A stretch of 64,000 bases of DNA, taken from positions 1,674,001 through 1,738,000 of the forward strand of contig OZ176054.1 in NCBI GenBank assembly GCA_964247055.1, given 5' to 3'. The notes under the pieces were generated by a model, which was not told the DNA's origin, made no database searches, and saw only the letters and a program-made list of their open reading frames with translations. Each line of letters starts with the position of its first letter. Within the stretch, counting starts at the first letter, position 1. Shown here one piece after another: positions 37,010 to 50,300 of this stretch. Both the position numbers and the translations under genes were made by a program. This DNA is from Paragordius varius (lineage: Eukaryota; Animalia; Nematomorpha).

Positions 37010-40000
37010 GTAACTGATTTTTAGTCCCTTTTTAAAAATGTGTTTAACTGAACTCGTATGTCTTCTTAAGTTTTTTTAATCAGCTCCAAAACCACGCCAT
37101 TTTTGTATGGCGTCTCAGTTTTAAACCGGTAAACCCCTACCCATAGATCTATATGGAAAAGCGCTGAGTTAAATTCTTTGAGAACAAATATTTGGAATCA
37201 TCTTTGATACCATCGTCTCATGGGGTTTTCGAAAAAAACCTCAACACTAAATAATCGTTATTGATGGATTGGAAGCATAACGGCCCTAAATTAAAGGCTG
37301 ATTAAAAAAGGCCAGACCTTAATTTTTATCCAGTTACGGGTAATATTTCAAGCTCTTAATGAACATATATGGCTTCATAAATTTTCTGTAAATTAGTTCC
37401 AAAATAACGCAATTTCCATGTAGTGGGGCAGTTTTTGGCGGGTAGCTCCTTACCCAGGGGGTAAAAAAAGCGTTGGACAAAATTGTTGTCTTTATTTGGG
37501 GAATGTCTGGAATTATCATGGATTCCATACGTTCCTATTAGATACATAGGTTTTCCGAAATTCGGCTCCAAAGGCATACTGTATTGATATGGTGTCGCAG
37601 TTTTATGCGGGTAGTAACCAGGGGCGAAACAAAAAACGCTCGATTAAAATTTTTGCCTTAATTCAGGTATTACCTGGAACTAATTCAATATGCTCTCGTG
37701 GGATTTTCGGAAATTTCCAAACCAATAAGTCATTCTATAGTGGTGTATTTTTCCAAGGGCCTAATTAAGGGGTAATTTTATAAAACCTACTTGTATTTTT
37801 ACCTTTTTGCAGGTAATATTTTAAGCCGTTATAGAAATCTTATGGCCTGATAGGTTTTCTAAAATTTGCCTCCAAAGGCATGCTGTATCGATATGGTAGT
37901 GCAGTTGTAGGCACCCCTACCCAGAGGCCAATATAAAAAAGACGTTCGATAAAAAATTTGCTTTTATATGGGAATTCCTGGAATCATCATTCATTCCATA
38001 TGTTCTTAATAGTTTATGAAAGTAGGCTTCAAAACTAAATAATAGTTCAATGATAGCGCATTTTTAGGGCTGAAAGGGCCTAATTAACGGCTAATCAAAA
38101 ACCGCTCGACTTAAATTTTTGTCTTTTTACGGGTAATATTTCAGGCCCATATTAAATTTATGTGGTCTGATAAGTTTTCTGAAAATTAACTCCTAAACAA
38201 CAATTTATGGGGGCGCAGTTTTAGGCGGGTAACTCCCTACCCAGAGATTGATACAAAAAAGCGCTTGATTTAAATTTTTGCCTTTTTACGGAGAATACCT
38301 GGAATCATGATTTATTCCATATGCTCTCATTAGTTTTGGAAAAGCCTCAAAATCATTCTATGGTGGCGCATTTTTCAGGGCGAGAAGGGTCTAATTAACG
38401 GCTAATTATAAAACAGTACGATCTAAATTTTTGCCTTGTTACGGGTATTATTTTAAGCAGCTATTGAAATCATACGGCCTGGTAGGTTTTCTGAAATTTA
38501 GCCCCAAAGGCACGCTATTTCGATTTGCCGGGTCAGTTTTTAGCGGGTATCTTCTTACCCAACAGCTATCATCCAAGAAATGCTTGACTAAAATTTTTGC
38601 CTTTTAACAGGAAATACCTGGAATCCTTATTGAAATTTAACAGTCTCATACCCTGGGCGAAAAATAGATTAAAAAAATTGTTTTGTGGACTTAATTTTTT
38701 GAAAAAAGTGGATTTTACGGGGGGGCGGGTAAAAAGAGGGCCTATATTAAAAAAGCCTATGTTCGGCGCAATCGAAAATAAGTAAAAAGAAAACCTATTT
38801 GAAATAAAATGGTCCAACACGCTTTCCGGAAAATTGTCTAAAGTACACGATTTTTGTGGACTTCTGTTTTCTAAAAAACCGTTTTTTACACGACCCGTCA
38901 TATCGAAATAGCGTGCCTTTGGGGCTAAATTTTAGAAAACCTATCAGGCCATATGAGTTCAATAGCTGCTTAAAATATTACCCGTAACAAGGCAATAATT
39001 TGGTGCGGTTTTTCAAATTGGCCATTAATTAGCCCTCCCCCCGTAAAATGCGTTACCATAGAATGACTTTTTAGATTTGATGCAATTTTTCCAAAAATTA
39101 ATAAGTGCATATGGAATTAATCATATTCCAGATATTCTCTTTAAAAAGGCAAAAATGTGATTTAAGCGCTTTTTTTGGATCAGCATCTGGATAGGGAGCT
39201 ACCCGCCTAAAACTGCGCCACCATAGTTGTTTAGGAGTTAATTTTCCGAAAACCTATGAGGCTATATAATTTTTATAAGGGCCTGAAATATTACCCGTAA
39301 AAATGCAAAAATTTAAGTCGAGCGGTTCTTTTAATTTACCCCTTAATTAGGCCCTTGCCTTGAAAACGCCACCATAGAATGACTTTTTGGTTTTCAGCAA
39401 CTTTTCGAAAATCCCACTAAAGCATATGGGATCAATCATGATTCCAGGTATTACCCGAATTAAGGCAAAAAATTAATCGAGCGTTTTTTTGTTTCGCCCC
39501 TGGTTAGGGGGTTACCCGCGTAAAACTGTGTCCCCATATCGATACAGCATGCCTTTGAAGCCAAATTTCAGAAAACTTATGAGACAATGTGAGTTAAGGG
39601 CTTAAAATATTAATACTTACCCCTTAAAAAACAAATATTTTAGAATAAAGGGTTATTTCAATGAGTCGCTAAGAAAAGTTTTACGCCCTGAAAAATTCGC
39701 GGCCATAGAACAACTTTTTAGTTTTGAAGCAGTATTTCCAAGAACTTATTGGAACATATAGACATTATTATAATTCCAGATATTCCCCATATAAAGACAA
39801 AAATTTTGCCAGACGCTTTTTTATACCCTCTGGGTAAGAAGCTACTCGCCAAAAACTGCGCTACTATATAGAAATTGCGTTGTTTTGGGCCATATGAGCT
39901 CATTCAAAGTTCGAAATATTACCCGTAACTAGGTAAAAATTTAGGTCAGGCGTTTTTTATTAGGCGTTAATTTGGGACTTTTATTATAAAGAAATACGCC

Positions 40001-40260
40001 AACATATAACGATTATTTAGTTTTGAGGCATTTTTTCGAATAACCCATGAAACGATGGTATCAAGGACGATTCCAATTATTTTCCCTATAAAGGCAAAAA
40101 ATTTAACTTAGCGCTTTTTCCATATAGGCCTATGGGTAGGGGTCTACCTGTTTAAAACTAAGACGCCTTACAAAAATAAAGTGGCTTTGGAGCTAATTTT
40201 CAAAAAGAAGCCATACGAGTTCAATATAGGCTTTAAATATTACCCATAAAAAGGTAAAAA
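37010..40260. repeat. Large foldback structure: two inverted arms of tandem about 310-320-bp units around a spacer of a few hundred bp
   Basis: 38460-38560 is the reverse complement of 38890-38975, and GAACTCGTATG (37050) pairs with CATACGAGTTC (40212-40222). Unit markers GGAAT recur at about 37195, 37509, 37676, 37980, 38301, 38620, and ATTCC at about 39125, 39441, 39773, 40069. Outer ends approximate. Confidence 0.88.
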
Positions 40261-41600
40261 TTATAGTGCGATTTTTTCCGTTAGCCGTCAATTTGGGGCC
40301 TTCACACCAGTAAACAATATATTAGTATGAAAGCACAATTTTGAAACTTATATGAAGCACCGTTTTTAAAATCCTATATGATCATAGCTATTAAATAATG
40401 TTTCGAAATAATCCACATATATGGATCATTTTGTTAAACCCTTTTTTCAAATAGCGCCCCCTCCCCCCACCCCAAGAAGTCCAAAGGATTTCCTCAGCTG
40501 CGTAGCAGCACGAGATTTACGCTAATATATTATAAAAATCCCAATCAATGAGATCTATATGTATGCAAGTTTTGAAATATCTTTTCCATATCGGTGACAA
40601 ATTTTAATAATTCGCACCTAAAAACCTCCAATTTAATTCTAGTTTTATTTTTAAATTCAATTTATGCCTCCTTTTTGGGAACCACTGCTTTAACATAATA
40701 CTTTTTACAGCAAAATGGTGATTAAATTATTTCCCATGCACTTAACCAATGTATATGTAGAGGTTTAAAATTTTACTGTGTGATCAATGAAAGTTAACTA
40801 GTGAACTTTATAACTAATACCATTGAATTAAAAATTCAATATACAGTAACAAATGCTTAAAAACAACAAATGGATAAAATTAAACATTTCCCCATTCTTT
40901 TAACATAACCTTATTTGAAAAAACATTCTTTAAAGTCATACGCTACTGTAATTACAGCTTCCCCATTACACAACCACCATCTTAAACATATAAGAAGGCA
41001 CTAATTGAAATACCAATAAATTATAGCAAAATTAATAACTATAACACTTTCTCCCACACTAAATCACACTAAAATAAGGGGGTTTAGAGTCAAAATCAAA
41101 ACGCATTTAAACATAATCATCGTATATATATTACATTTCTACTATATTTTCAGTTGCAGGCATTAATTTATTAGGAGGTAAAAATTCTGAACTTAGTTTT
41201 TACCCTAATAAAGAAAAACGTGTCAAGCAATTAATTAGTTAGTTAAAACTAATAATAATTGGAAAAATTATTTAAAGAGAGAACTAAAGATATGGATGAG
41301 AAAACTCAGGTTATATATCTGATATATATAAAAAAAAGATTAGCGTTTTTCTGTCAATAAAATAATCCCAAACTATTTTGTTTAAAACTAAAAATTAATA
41401 ATCGTTTCAAATTGGATGATTAAAACAGTAAATATATATTTTTTTGGAATTACCCTATAATTTTAGATAGAGGCTCATACATTTTTAATGTTATAATTTG
41501 GGAGAAAGGACATTCAATGTTTATTACAACCTAAAACGAGTTTTTCTGTAGCTTTTTTTATATCTGATTCTTATACTAACCGTAACACCGGTGTTTTAAC

Positions 41601-41853
41601 CAGGGGCGTTCACCACAAATGGCTTCGCGGGCCACATTCGAATATATGGGAATTTATAAATATTTTATTAGATTTAAAACCTAGGAATGTATAATGCCAA
41701 TACATTAAACAATTTTTTCTAGTTTTTATCGCTTGGGTAAAATCAAAATAAGATTTTATTTAAGAAACATCAATTTTACTAAGAATTTGAGAGCATAATT
41801 TTGCAAATTATGGATTTCCAAATTTTTCGCGGGCCGCGTGTTGGTCATTCCTG
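41601..41853. mobile_element. hAT MITE family A
   Basis: CAGGGGCGTTCACCACAAATGGCTTCGCGGGCC ... GCGGGCCGCGTGTTGGTCATTCCTG; near-TSD ttttaac / ttttagac. Confidence 0.8.
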
Positions 41854-42358
41854 TTTTAGACTGAATATAAATATAAGGCATTTTTAATAATATTTTTTAA
41901 GTCCGAAATCCAATATATCTTTCATAAATAAAAAGCGGAATCCCAAATTTTTATAAGACTAACGCTTTTATTATAATGCCAATACGCTAATTGAACAGAA
42001 AAAACCGGCCACATTTTTATTGTTCTCTAATATGCGAACAAACAAACAAAATATTGGTTTTGAATTACATTTTTTACGTTTAAAAATAAAATATTCAATA
42101 CATAATATTATATACATTGTATAACAAACGAACGACAACACACACTTATAATAATGTTGTTAATCTTTCTCTAATTTAATCAATATAATCCATCTTAAAT
42201 ATAGCTAAATATGCGTATGAATTGGTATAATTTTAAGTTTCAGCTGAACAAATACAATGGTATATAAAAATATCTTATTACACTTAACGAAAAAAATATT
42301 TTAATCAAAAAACAAACCAAATAATTTTTAAAATACTAATTATTAAATATAATTTTTG

Positions 42359-42396
<38 letters not shown>

Positions 42397-42645
42397 CGAT
42401 TGAATCAGAAAATATGGCATCTACTCTTTTCTGGGACATATTTATAATTGAAATTCTTTTAACGAAACCAATAATATATATATTTATATTCGGCAAAAAA
42501 ATATTAATTGAAAAAGATGAAAAATGTATTCATTTAACAAAAAAAAACTATATACTTTAACCAAGCTATAAAAGTACTATTTACGTGTCTTATGAAATTA
42601 AATTTTTGGATATGTCAAAAAGTTTTTATAATTTACAGTATGAGT

Positions 42646-42826
42646 ATGTATACATTGCTAGAAAGTTATTAATTATTATTGCCAAATAGTAAATGAAACC
42701 AAAGGGCAGTATTATTGGCTTATGGTTATTTTTTTCACTTTTTACTATTATTAGCCAATAATACTGTCCTTTGTTGTATTTACTATTTGGCAATAATAAT
42801 TAAACACTTTCTAGCAATGTAGACAT
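42646..42826. repeat. Inverted repeat (about 75-bp arms, 32-bp loop) upstream of the GPCR
   Basis: ACATTGCTAGAAAG...GCCAAATAGTAAAT...CAGTATTATTGGCT at 42646-42720 versus its reverse complement at 42753-42826, with few mismatches. Confidence 0.9.
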
Positions 42827-44302
42827 TTTTTTGATAAAAAATACCAAGTATTATAATAACACTATATTGACATGATAACATTTTATACTAGTATTTAAAT
42901 TTCCTATTTCCTTCCTCTAAGCATTTCCATTCTTTAAATCCTGAAATGTCGAAATAAAAAAAATAAAAAATAAAACTATTGATAATTATTTATATAGATC
43001 AATGCATGCAAATTTTATACATGCAATTTTATATTCATAACATGCGTGTGCAATTCATAAATATATGATCAATATTTTTATATATACTAAATCTTAAATA
43101 AATATATATCTTGATGATAATGTGCGGTTTAAGTAAGGAGGATGGATAATTATATCATTCCCTGATAGTCTTATAATTACCCTCCATATAAATTATTGTA
43201 AATAAAAATAGTTTATCTTATATTTAAAGTTTAAGATTTCTAGTTAGTTATTATTTTATATGATTTTGTTTTAATTGGCTATTGTATGATGAGATATAAA
43301 TATATATATTTCAATTGTTTCGTAGCAACACTTATTGATTTTGGTGTGTGAAAAAAAATCAACTTAAATTATTGCAAATATGTTTAAATATATATATATA
43401 TATTATCAATTGTTCAAAACATATTTTCTAGATTTTTGGTTAGGAGATAAATATCAGTTAAAATTACATCAATTATCATAATTTCCGTGTCTATTATTAT
43501 TTACTTATTATTTAATATACAAAAATAATGTATATTTATCTATTTTCTTTATTCATCGGTTGTTTTTTTACAAAATTATTGCTAATTTTTTATTTTTTTT
43601 AAACAAAAAATACCTAATCTATAGAGAAATCCACCACCTATGAAATGATAATATGATTACGATTTCTCTTTCCTTCACAAATTCAAATGTTTATTTTTTA
43701 ACAACAATAATTATATAATATAATTTAAAACTCTTCAAAACCAAAAAATTTAATATATTTTTAATTAATTCCAAATTTAAAGATATTGATAGTTAGTTAG
43801 TTTTGCATTTAATAATAATAGTAATAATAATAAATATCATTAATATCATTATTTCTTTTGATTAATATTTAATTTCCACATTTGTTAAGGTACATGACCA
43901 CATAAAGATTCGTTTTTCCACACAAACATACATTTGTTTAATTAAATTTTAGTTTATGGGAACAAACATAACATAGAAAATAGATCTATCCCATTGGAAT
44001 TCATTCCTAAGCAGCAAAAATGTTAAATATCATCTCCACAAGTGTGTGTCCTAACGTATTCCACTATTCGAATTGATTTTTGGATACAACAAATTTTTAT
44101 CAAAAAGCTTGTAGATACTAAATATATCTATATTTTTTTGAATGGGGTTTTGGAAATTATTGGGAAGCGAGATGCGATTGGGAAAATAAACTTCAATCAA
44201 TATGAGCTGCTAAAATAGAGATATTAACAAAAAGGCATATATCCTTATACCTAAATACCTCAAATTCATGGATAATTAATTGTATGGCCAACAACTCTTA
44301 CC

Positions 44303-47300
44303 ATGAATTATAGTGGACATATAACATATTTGAGCGTTAACACGCAGCCTAGTGTATCCTTAAGTTCCGTTAGTGATATAACAACCGATATGGCTCAATC
44401 AACCACATCCTCGGAATCCTCCTCAAACAGTTTTGAACTAAGTCTGTCGATGAAAATTGTCATGATATCAGCCTATTTGATTATAACAATTATTGCTTTG
44501 GTGGGTAACGTTGCTGTTTGTTACATGACGTCCCATAGGATAGGGACCAAAACACGCTTCAGTTATTCCAGAGCTACTACGATCAAACGCAAAAATAATG
44601 AAAATAATGAAAATAGCGTTGTCCTACAACAACAATCTATTTACAAGAAAAAGCTCTTCCCAAAAACCAATCATAGTAAGACGGTGAATTTAGCTTTGCT
44701 AGGGGGAAGTGAGAAGGAGAAGGTGTTAACATCAAATGTTACCAAAAGACGTGGGCTATCTATAGGGGGGCCTTTCAAACGGAGCCGGACATTTAATTCT
44801 ACCCTAAACTTTTACAGGGGTATCAACAACAATAACAAGGGTGAAAATTGTATCAGCGACAATACTAATAATAATAATAATACAAATCAAGTAAAAAACC
44901 ATAACGAACGATTACTTTCAAACATTAGTGAAACCGAACTACTTTCAGATGAAGAGCAAAAAACAACTAGGAAGTATTGGTTTAGTGAAGGTTTAATGCG
45001 TTTAACCAAAAATCATTCCAAAGAAAGAAATACCATTTTAAAAAATAGTCAAAGTAATACCCTATTGCATTCGAATAATATTGCTGTAAAGCTTGAGAAA
45101 GATGTCGCATTGACACCCCTTCATAACACCAATGGCCACAATAATGTATGTCCGAATCAAAGTTTAAACATTTCAAACATTTCAAACACACAGCCTTCAA
45201 AAGTTAATTTTATGGACAATAAATGCTTTAAGACTACGAAATCTCTTAAGATCAATACTAATACTAATTTAACCATTAGACCGGGATGCAATCTCGCCAA
45301 ACATCCAAGTAATGTTTCACATGTAAGCGGAATATCTTCTAGTACCATTAGCGCTAACGACAAAACTGTGACAAACTTATTCATTTTCCATCTTTCGGTG
45401 GCGGACGTCCTTATGGCATGCCTGTGTATCCCATTCTCTTTTGTTTCCGATCAAATCTTAGGTTACTGGCCCTTTGGACGCTTGATGTGCCCAATCGTAA
45501 GTTTTAGCCAGGCCGTGAGTGTTATGATTAGTGCTTACATAATGGTGGCCATTAGTGCTGATCGATTCCGTGTGATCATGTTTCCGCTAAAACCTAAGCT
45601 GTCATATCATCATGCCCGTATAACAATAGCTCTCATTTATGCTTTTAGCCTTGCTATCCCACTACCCATTGCTATTTTGTCTCGGCTTACAGGTGTGGAA
45701 AGTGGTTCGGAAGAAGATACTACAGACTCCACCTTACGTAATAATCATGATGCGGTAATTCCAACTACACTCACCAATAAAACAATGCAAACATTCCCCT
45801 ATAATTTTGATAAGGTGAAATCGTCGGTCCAATCATCCTCATTATCAACAATAAATAAAACATTGCGCATGACAACTAAATTTGTAACTATAAGCAATGT
45901 TATATCACACACTGATAATCCATATTATTCTACCGAGTTTGCTAACAATAAAACTTCACCCATTAAATCTATTCATGACAACAGGTTTAATTTATATATA
46001 TATATGCCTTTTCAATGATCAATTATAGAGAGGTTTTTCAATCGGAATACATATATTTTATCCCGATTTTGTCCCCTATCTAATTTAGAAATTAATAATC
46101 TTGTTGGTTAGTAGCGGGAGAAAGTACATATAATTTTAGCAAAATCATGTAAAATCATATGTCATTTCAATTTTCGTGCTTTTATTTAAAAAAAAGGCTT
46201 TTGATGTGAATGATAACCCATGTATTTTGACCACAATCGAGGTTCACTGTATCATATAAAAATGGCCATCATATAAAATTTAGTTTTTTTGAAAAATCTA
46301 ATTTCATTTTTTCCTAAACACCATTTCTTTATTATAACGGTTCCAGTGTTAAAATTTATAAGGTTTTGAAAATTGATAGACTAGATTTCTACAATTTAAT
46401 TCATATATATATATATATATAATTTTTATGATTATCCTATTTTATTTAATTAAGAATATAAAAAATTATCTGAGTGATTCGATGCGATGTTGAAATATCT
46501 TTTTATATATGTATATAATGTGTAAATACAAAAATCCCAATATTATTTATAATTAGCATAAAATATTTGATTAGTTATCGGTTTCACCCTGAATATTTGT
46601 CTTTGTCATACTATACTTCGTAATTAAATTTCAAAAATACTGACTTATTCATATTATTGATAACAAACGTAATATGAATTATAATAACAGTTGTAAAATG
46701 CGTAATATAAAGATAATCGAACATTAAATACAAAATTATTTGAAAGATAATTATTAGCAAAAATTATTAACCATATGTGAAACCCTTTCGTCAATAGTAA
46801 TCGTAGACTAGATTCGTGCTTGTTAGCATTCAGTACTACACAACTATTTGACTTGGGGTTTTCACATATGGGTTTTGTATATATATCCAACTTTGCAATT
46901 TTGGTAAAAATGCAGTTGGTTATACGAATTTAAATTAAAATTAATGGACATTCATGAAAATTAAACTGAAAATTTGAAAATTAACTTGAATATTTTCTTT
47001 TGATACAATTTGATGAAATTTGTATAACAACTTATTATTAAAGTATTAATCCAAACTTTATCTTTTAATCTAGCTTTTCTGTGTCTGATTCGGACAGATT
47101 AAAGAGAATTTTAAATATATTATATATTTTATTCTGAGTTCTCAAAGAGCATAAGAATGTGTGTAAATTTTACAGACTGATTTTTTGGTTAAATAACTTG
47201 AATTTTAAAATCTTGATAATTAGTAAATGTGTTTTTCAAACTCAATAAAAAGTTTTAAATATAAAATAAAAGTTAGTCTTATCTTTGCAAACACAAATCC

Positions 47301-50300
47301 AGTTGCCTTACACTTTTGACACGGCTTAAGTCTTTGTTAAATTGCTAACTATTGACAGTTAAAAAAATTTTGTGTGTAAAATAGTTTTTGTATTTCGTCT
47401 GTTTTTGTTAAATACCTTGACAAAAATTATCCGTTTAATATTTTTTGTATGTGCTTTGTTCAATAAAAAACAAATTATGTTTATGCTTCAAAAGATTTTT
47501 AATTTTAGCCTTACTGTTTTAATCAATATTAAGCTTGCAATCCCTGCTTTGTTACTGTTAAAAATATTTTGGCTCCTCTAATCAAGCCATTCGTTATGCC
47601 TTAAATTTTTTTAGCGCTATCCTAATATATGTTTGATTTTTAAAGTTAGTTTAACATAAAATGTGGATAATAAGACAACTGGAAACCATTTTGTTAATTG
47701 GATTTAATGGATAAAATCACAGAAATTGAAGTAATTAACGGTGTAACCATAAAAATTCAATTCCAGTAAAAGATCAATTATCATTAACAATATTTTTCCA
47801 TCCAACATTTAACCAGGGGAGATTTTACCTTAGAAGTTTTCAGATTAATCTAAAAACTTTATATAATAGAAAAAAACTTGTCTGGATATTATTAATACAG
47901 GCCTTACAACATGATTATATTTTTATTTTTAAATTGATTTTGTCATATTTTATATGGTATATTTTGCAACATTTTGTTGAACAAACGCATCCAGCACAAT
48001 CTTGGTTTGATTTTAAATGTAATAATATTACCTTTGATTTTTGTTGTTTAAAACACTGGAATACAAATCATGTTCATAAGTCTCTTCATATAAATTGGGA
48101 TCGTTCACTGTCTCAGCCTGTTAAAATAATATGTTTCTAAAAAAACATGTTTTAAATTCTTTTAAAAATTTTGCACTTATATAATAATGATCGACAATAC
48201 TAACATATAAGGAAATCCACCCAAAATAACTTAATATTTCTAATTTATGATTTAAAGTGAAGGTAAAAATTTAGAGAGCAGTAAAAAGTCGCGTGAACTA
48301 AAATGAATATTTCGCTATTCACTCTTTTTCTGTATTTTTTCTGTCCCAATTTTTAAGCAGTGTATTTACTTAAGATTACTTAGATTTTAGCCACTCTAAA
48401 ATCACGATATTTTCCTACATGCTTGAAATAAATTGGTGCCGAAATGGTTTGATATGGTTCTTTTTTCATTAAAATATTTTAAAAATTTTAACTTATTTTT
48501 ATTAAGATAGAAGCATGAATTAAAATTTATATTGCTCGATTTTTTAGTTTTATAATGATATCTTTTGGAAGTCGGCCGGGGGTAAAATGCCGTTTTAAAC
48601 GAAAAAATGTTGCGTTAAATTAAAAAAACTTAGTCTTTGTTTGGAAAAGCCGCGTTTTAGTATAATAAAGTAAGGTATATAACAAACTCTGATAACTTCT
48701 TTTTATAGTTTACAATTAATTTTAATTTCACAACCTTTTTATTTGCTGCCAATTTTTTTAGGTATAAATGTATTGAAACTTGGGATTCCCACAAACACAG
48801 AAAAGTATTCACCCTGTTACTCTTGTTTATTCAGTATATAATTCCCTTACTTATTCTCACAATAACGTACGGAGGAATATGCTTTCGCATTTGGGGCAAT
48901 CGGACACCGGGCGAGGCCGAAGCCAAACGTGACAAACACATCATGAAATCAAAAATTAAGGCAAGTAGTTTGCATAGTTATAGACTTAAACTATATATTA
49001 AAAAGATTGTTGATGAAGGAATCGTTTTGAGCAAATTTATTTAATCCAAAAGTAATTGATTAATCATTTGAGTAGTGTGACTCTTTAAATAGCTTTTATA
49101 TAAATACTTTTTTGACATTAAAAGGAATCTTCGTGTATGTAGAATGTATTCAAAATTTTATTTCCTTTTCTTAAAACATTTTTCCTACAATTTATTTAAA
49201 TTAATATTTTTGACAAACATGTATACATAATAAAAGATAATAAAAGATAATGTGCTCCATTATTTTTTCCAAGTGTTATTTTCCAAATAAATCAATTTTT
49301 TGCAAAAAATGTCCTACCTAATCTACTACACATTTGATAACTTAAACAAAAAATATCCAATAAATATGCAAAAATTTGTTGGTTTTTATAGTGGTGTAAT
49401 ACACTAAATTTACTACTGTTGTAAAGTGTAGATGTAAATGTTAGCTGTTTTAGATAATAATTTTGAATATTAATTATCACAAAATGTAGTCTTAAAAACG
49501 AGTTAAACTTTCCATATATGCACACACACTTGTTATTCCTCCTAAAACGACATGTAAAAACGGTCTAACTTTAAATCTTATGTTGGACTTTTTACATAAA
49601 AAAATAATTAACTGCAAAGTTTGTAGCGCTTTAGCGTTTTCATTAACAATAAAATATAATTTTGCCTTTGTCTTGTAACAACATAACATTTTTTAAAATT
49701 ATTTGATTAAATTTAAATGCCCGATTGTAGGAAAATACTTAGCCCATTATCCGCATCATGACCCTTTTTTTTAAAAAAATATATAAAATTAAAATTTTTG
49801 ATCTAAATAAAAATAATATTAAATATTATATATACAATAATTGATTACATTAGAAACTTTTGAAAAAAATCACAATAGGAAACGTTTTAATGAATTTTTG
49901 ATTATTTGACTGATTATACTGGACAACAAATTTTTCTGCCACTCGAGTTTTTGGCATTTTCTGATATTTACCATCATTTTAACAGTAAATCTGAAAAAAT
50001 GTTATAATTCCTCCTAAAAATTTTGTATAATAATTTAATTTTTTTGATTATGCGTTATTTTTGTCAAAATTTTACTAAAAAATGTTTTCCTTTGAAATAC
50101 AAGAAATAATATATTATTTGAAAGAGTAATGAAAACTCTATCAACTATTGTGTTTTGCATTGATTGTAAATATTGGAGATAGGAAGCGACAAACCTCGCG
50201 AAGCGAGAGCGTTTTTCTTAATTAATATATTTTTAAATGAAAAATAGCTCAAACTTTGTCTAGATGGCAATGAATGTCTAACACAAGAAAGTTTTTTTGT

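Noticed and set aside
37334-39903. Short ORFs inside the foldback repeat
   Set aside because: These are repeat-derived chance frames with no transposase motifs.
44982-45384. Minus-strand ORFs opposite GPCR exon 1, and similar antisense ORFs over RCL1, DNMT2, STAMBP and the synaptotagmin-like gene
   Set aside because: They are shadows of real coding sequence and have no independent motifs.
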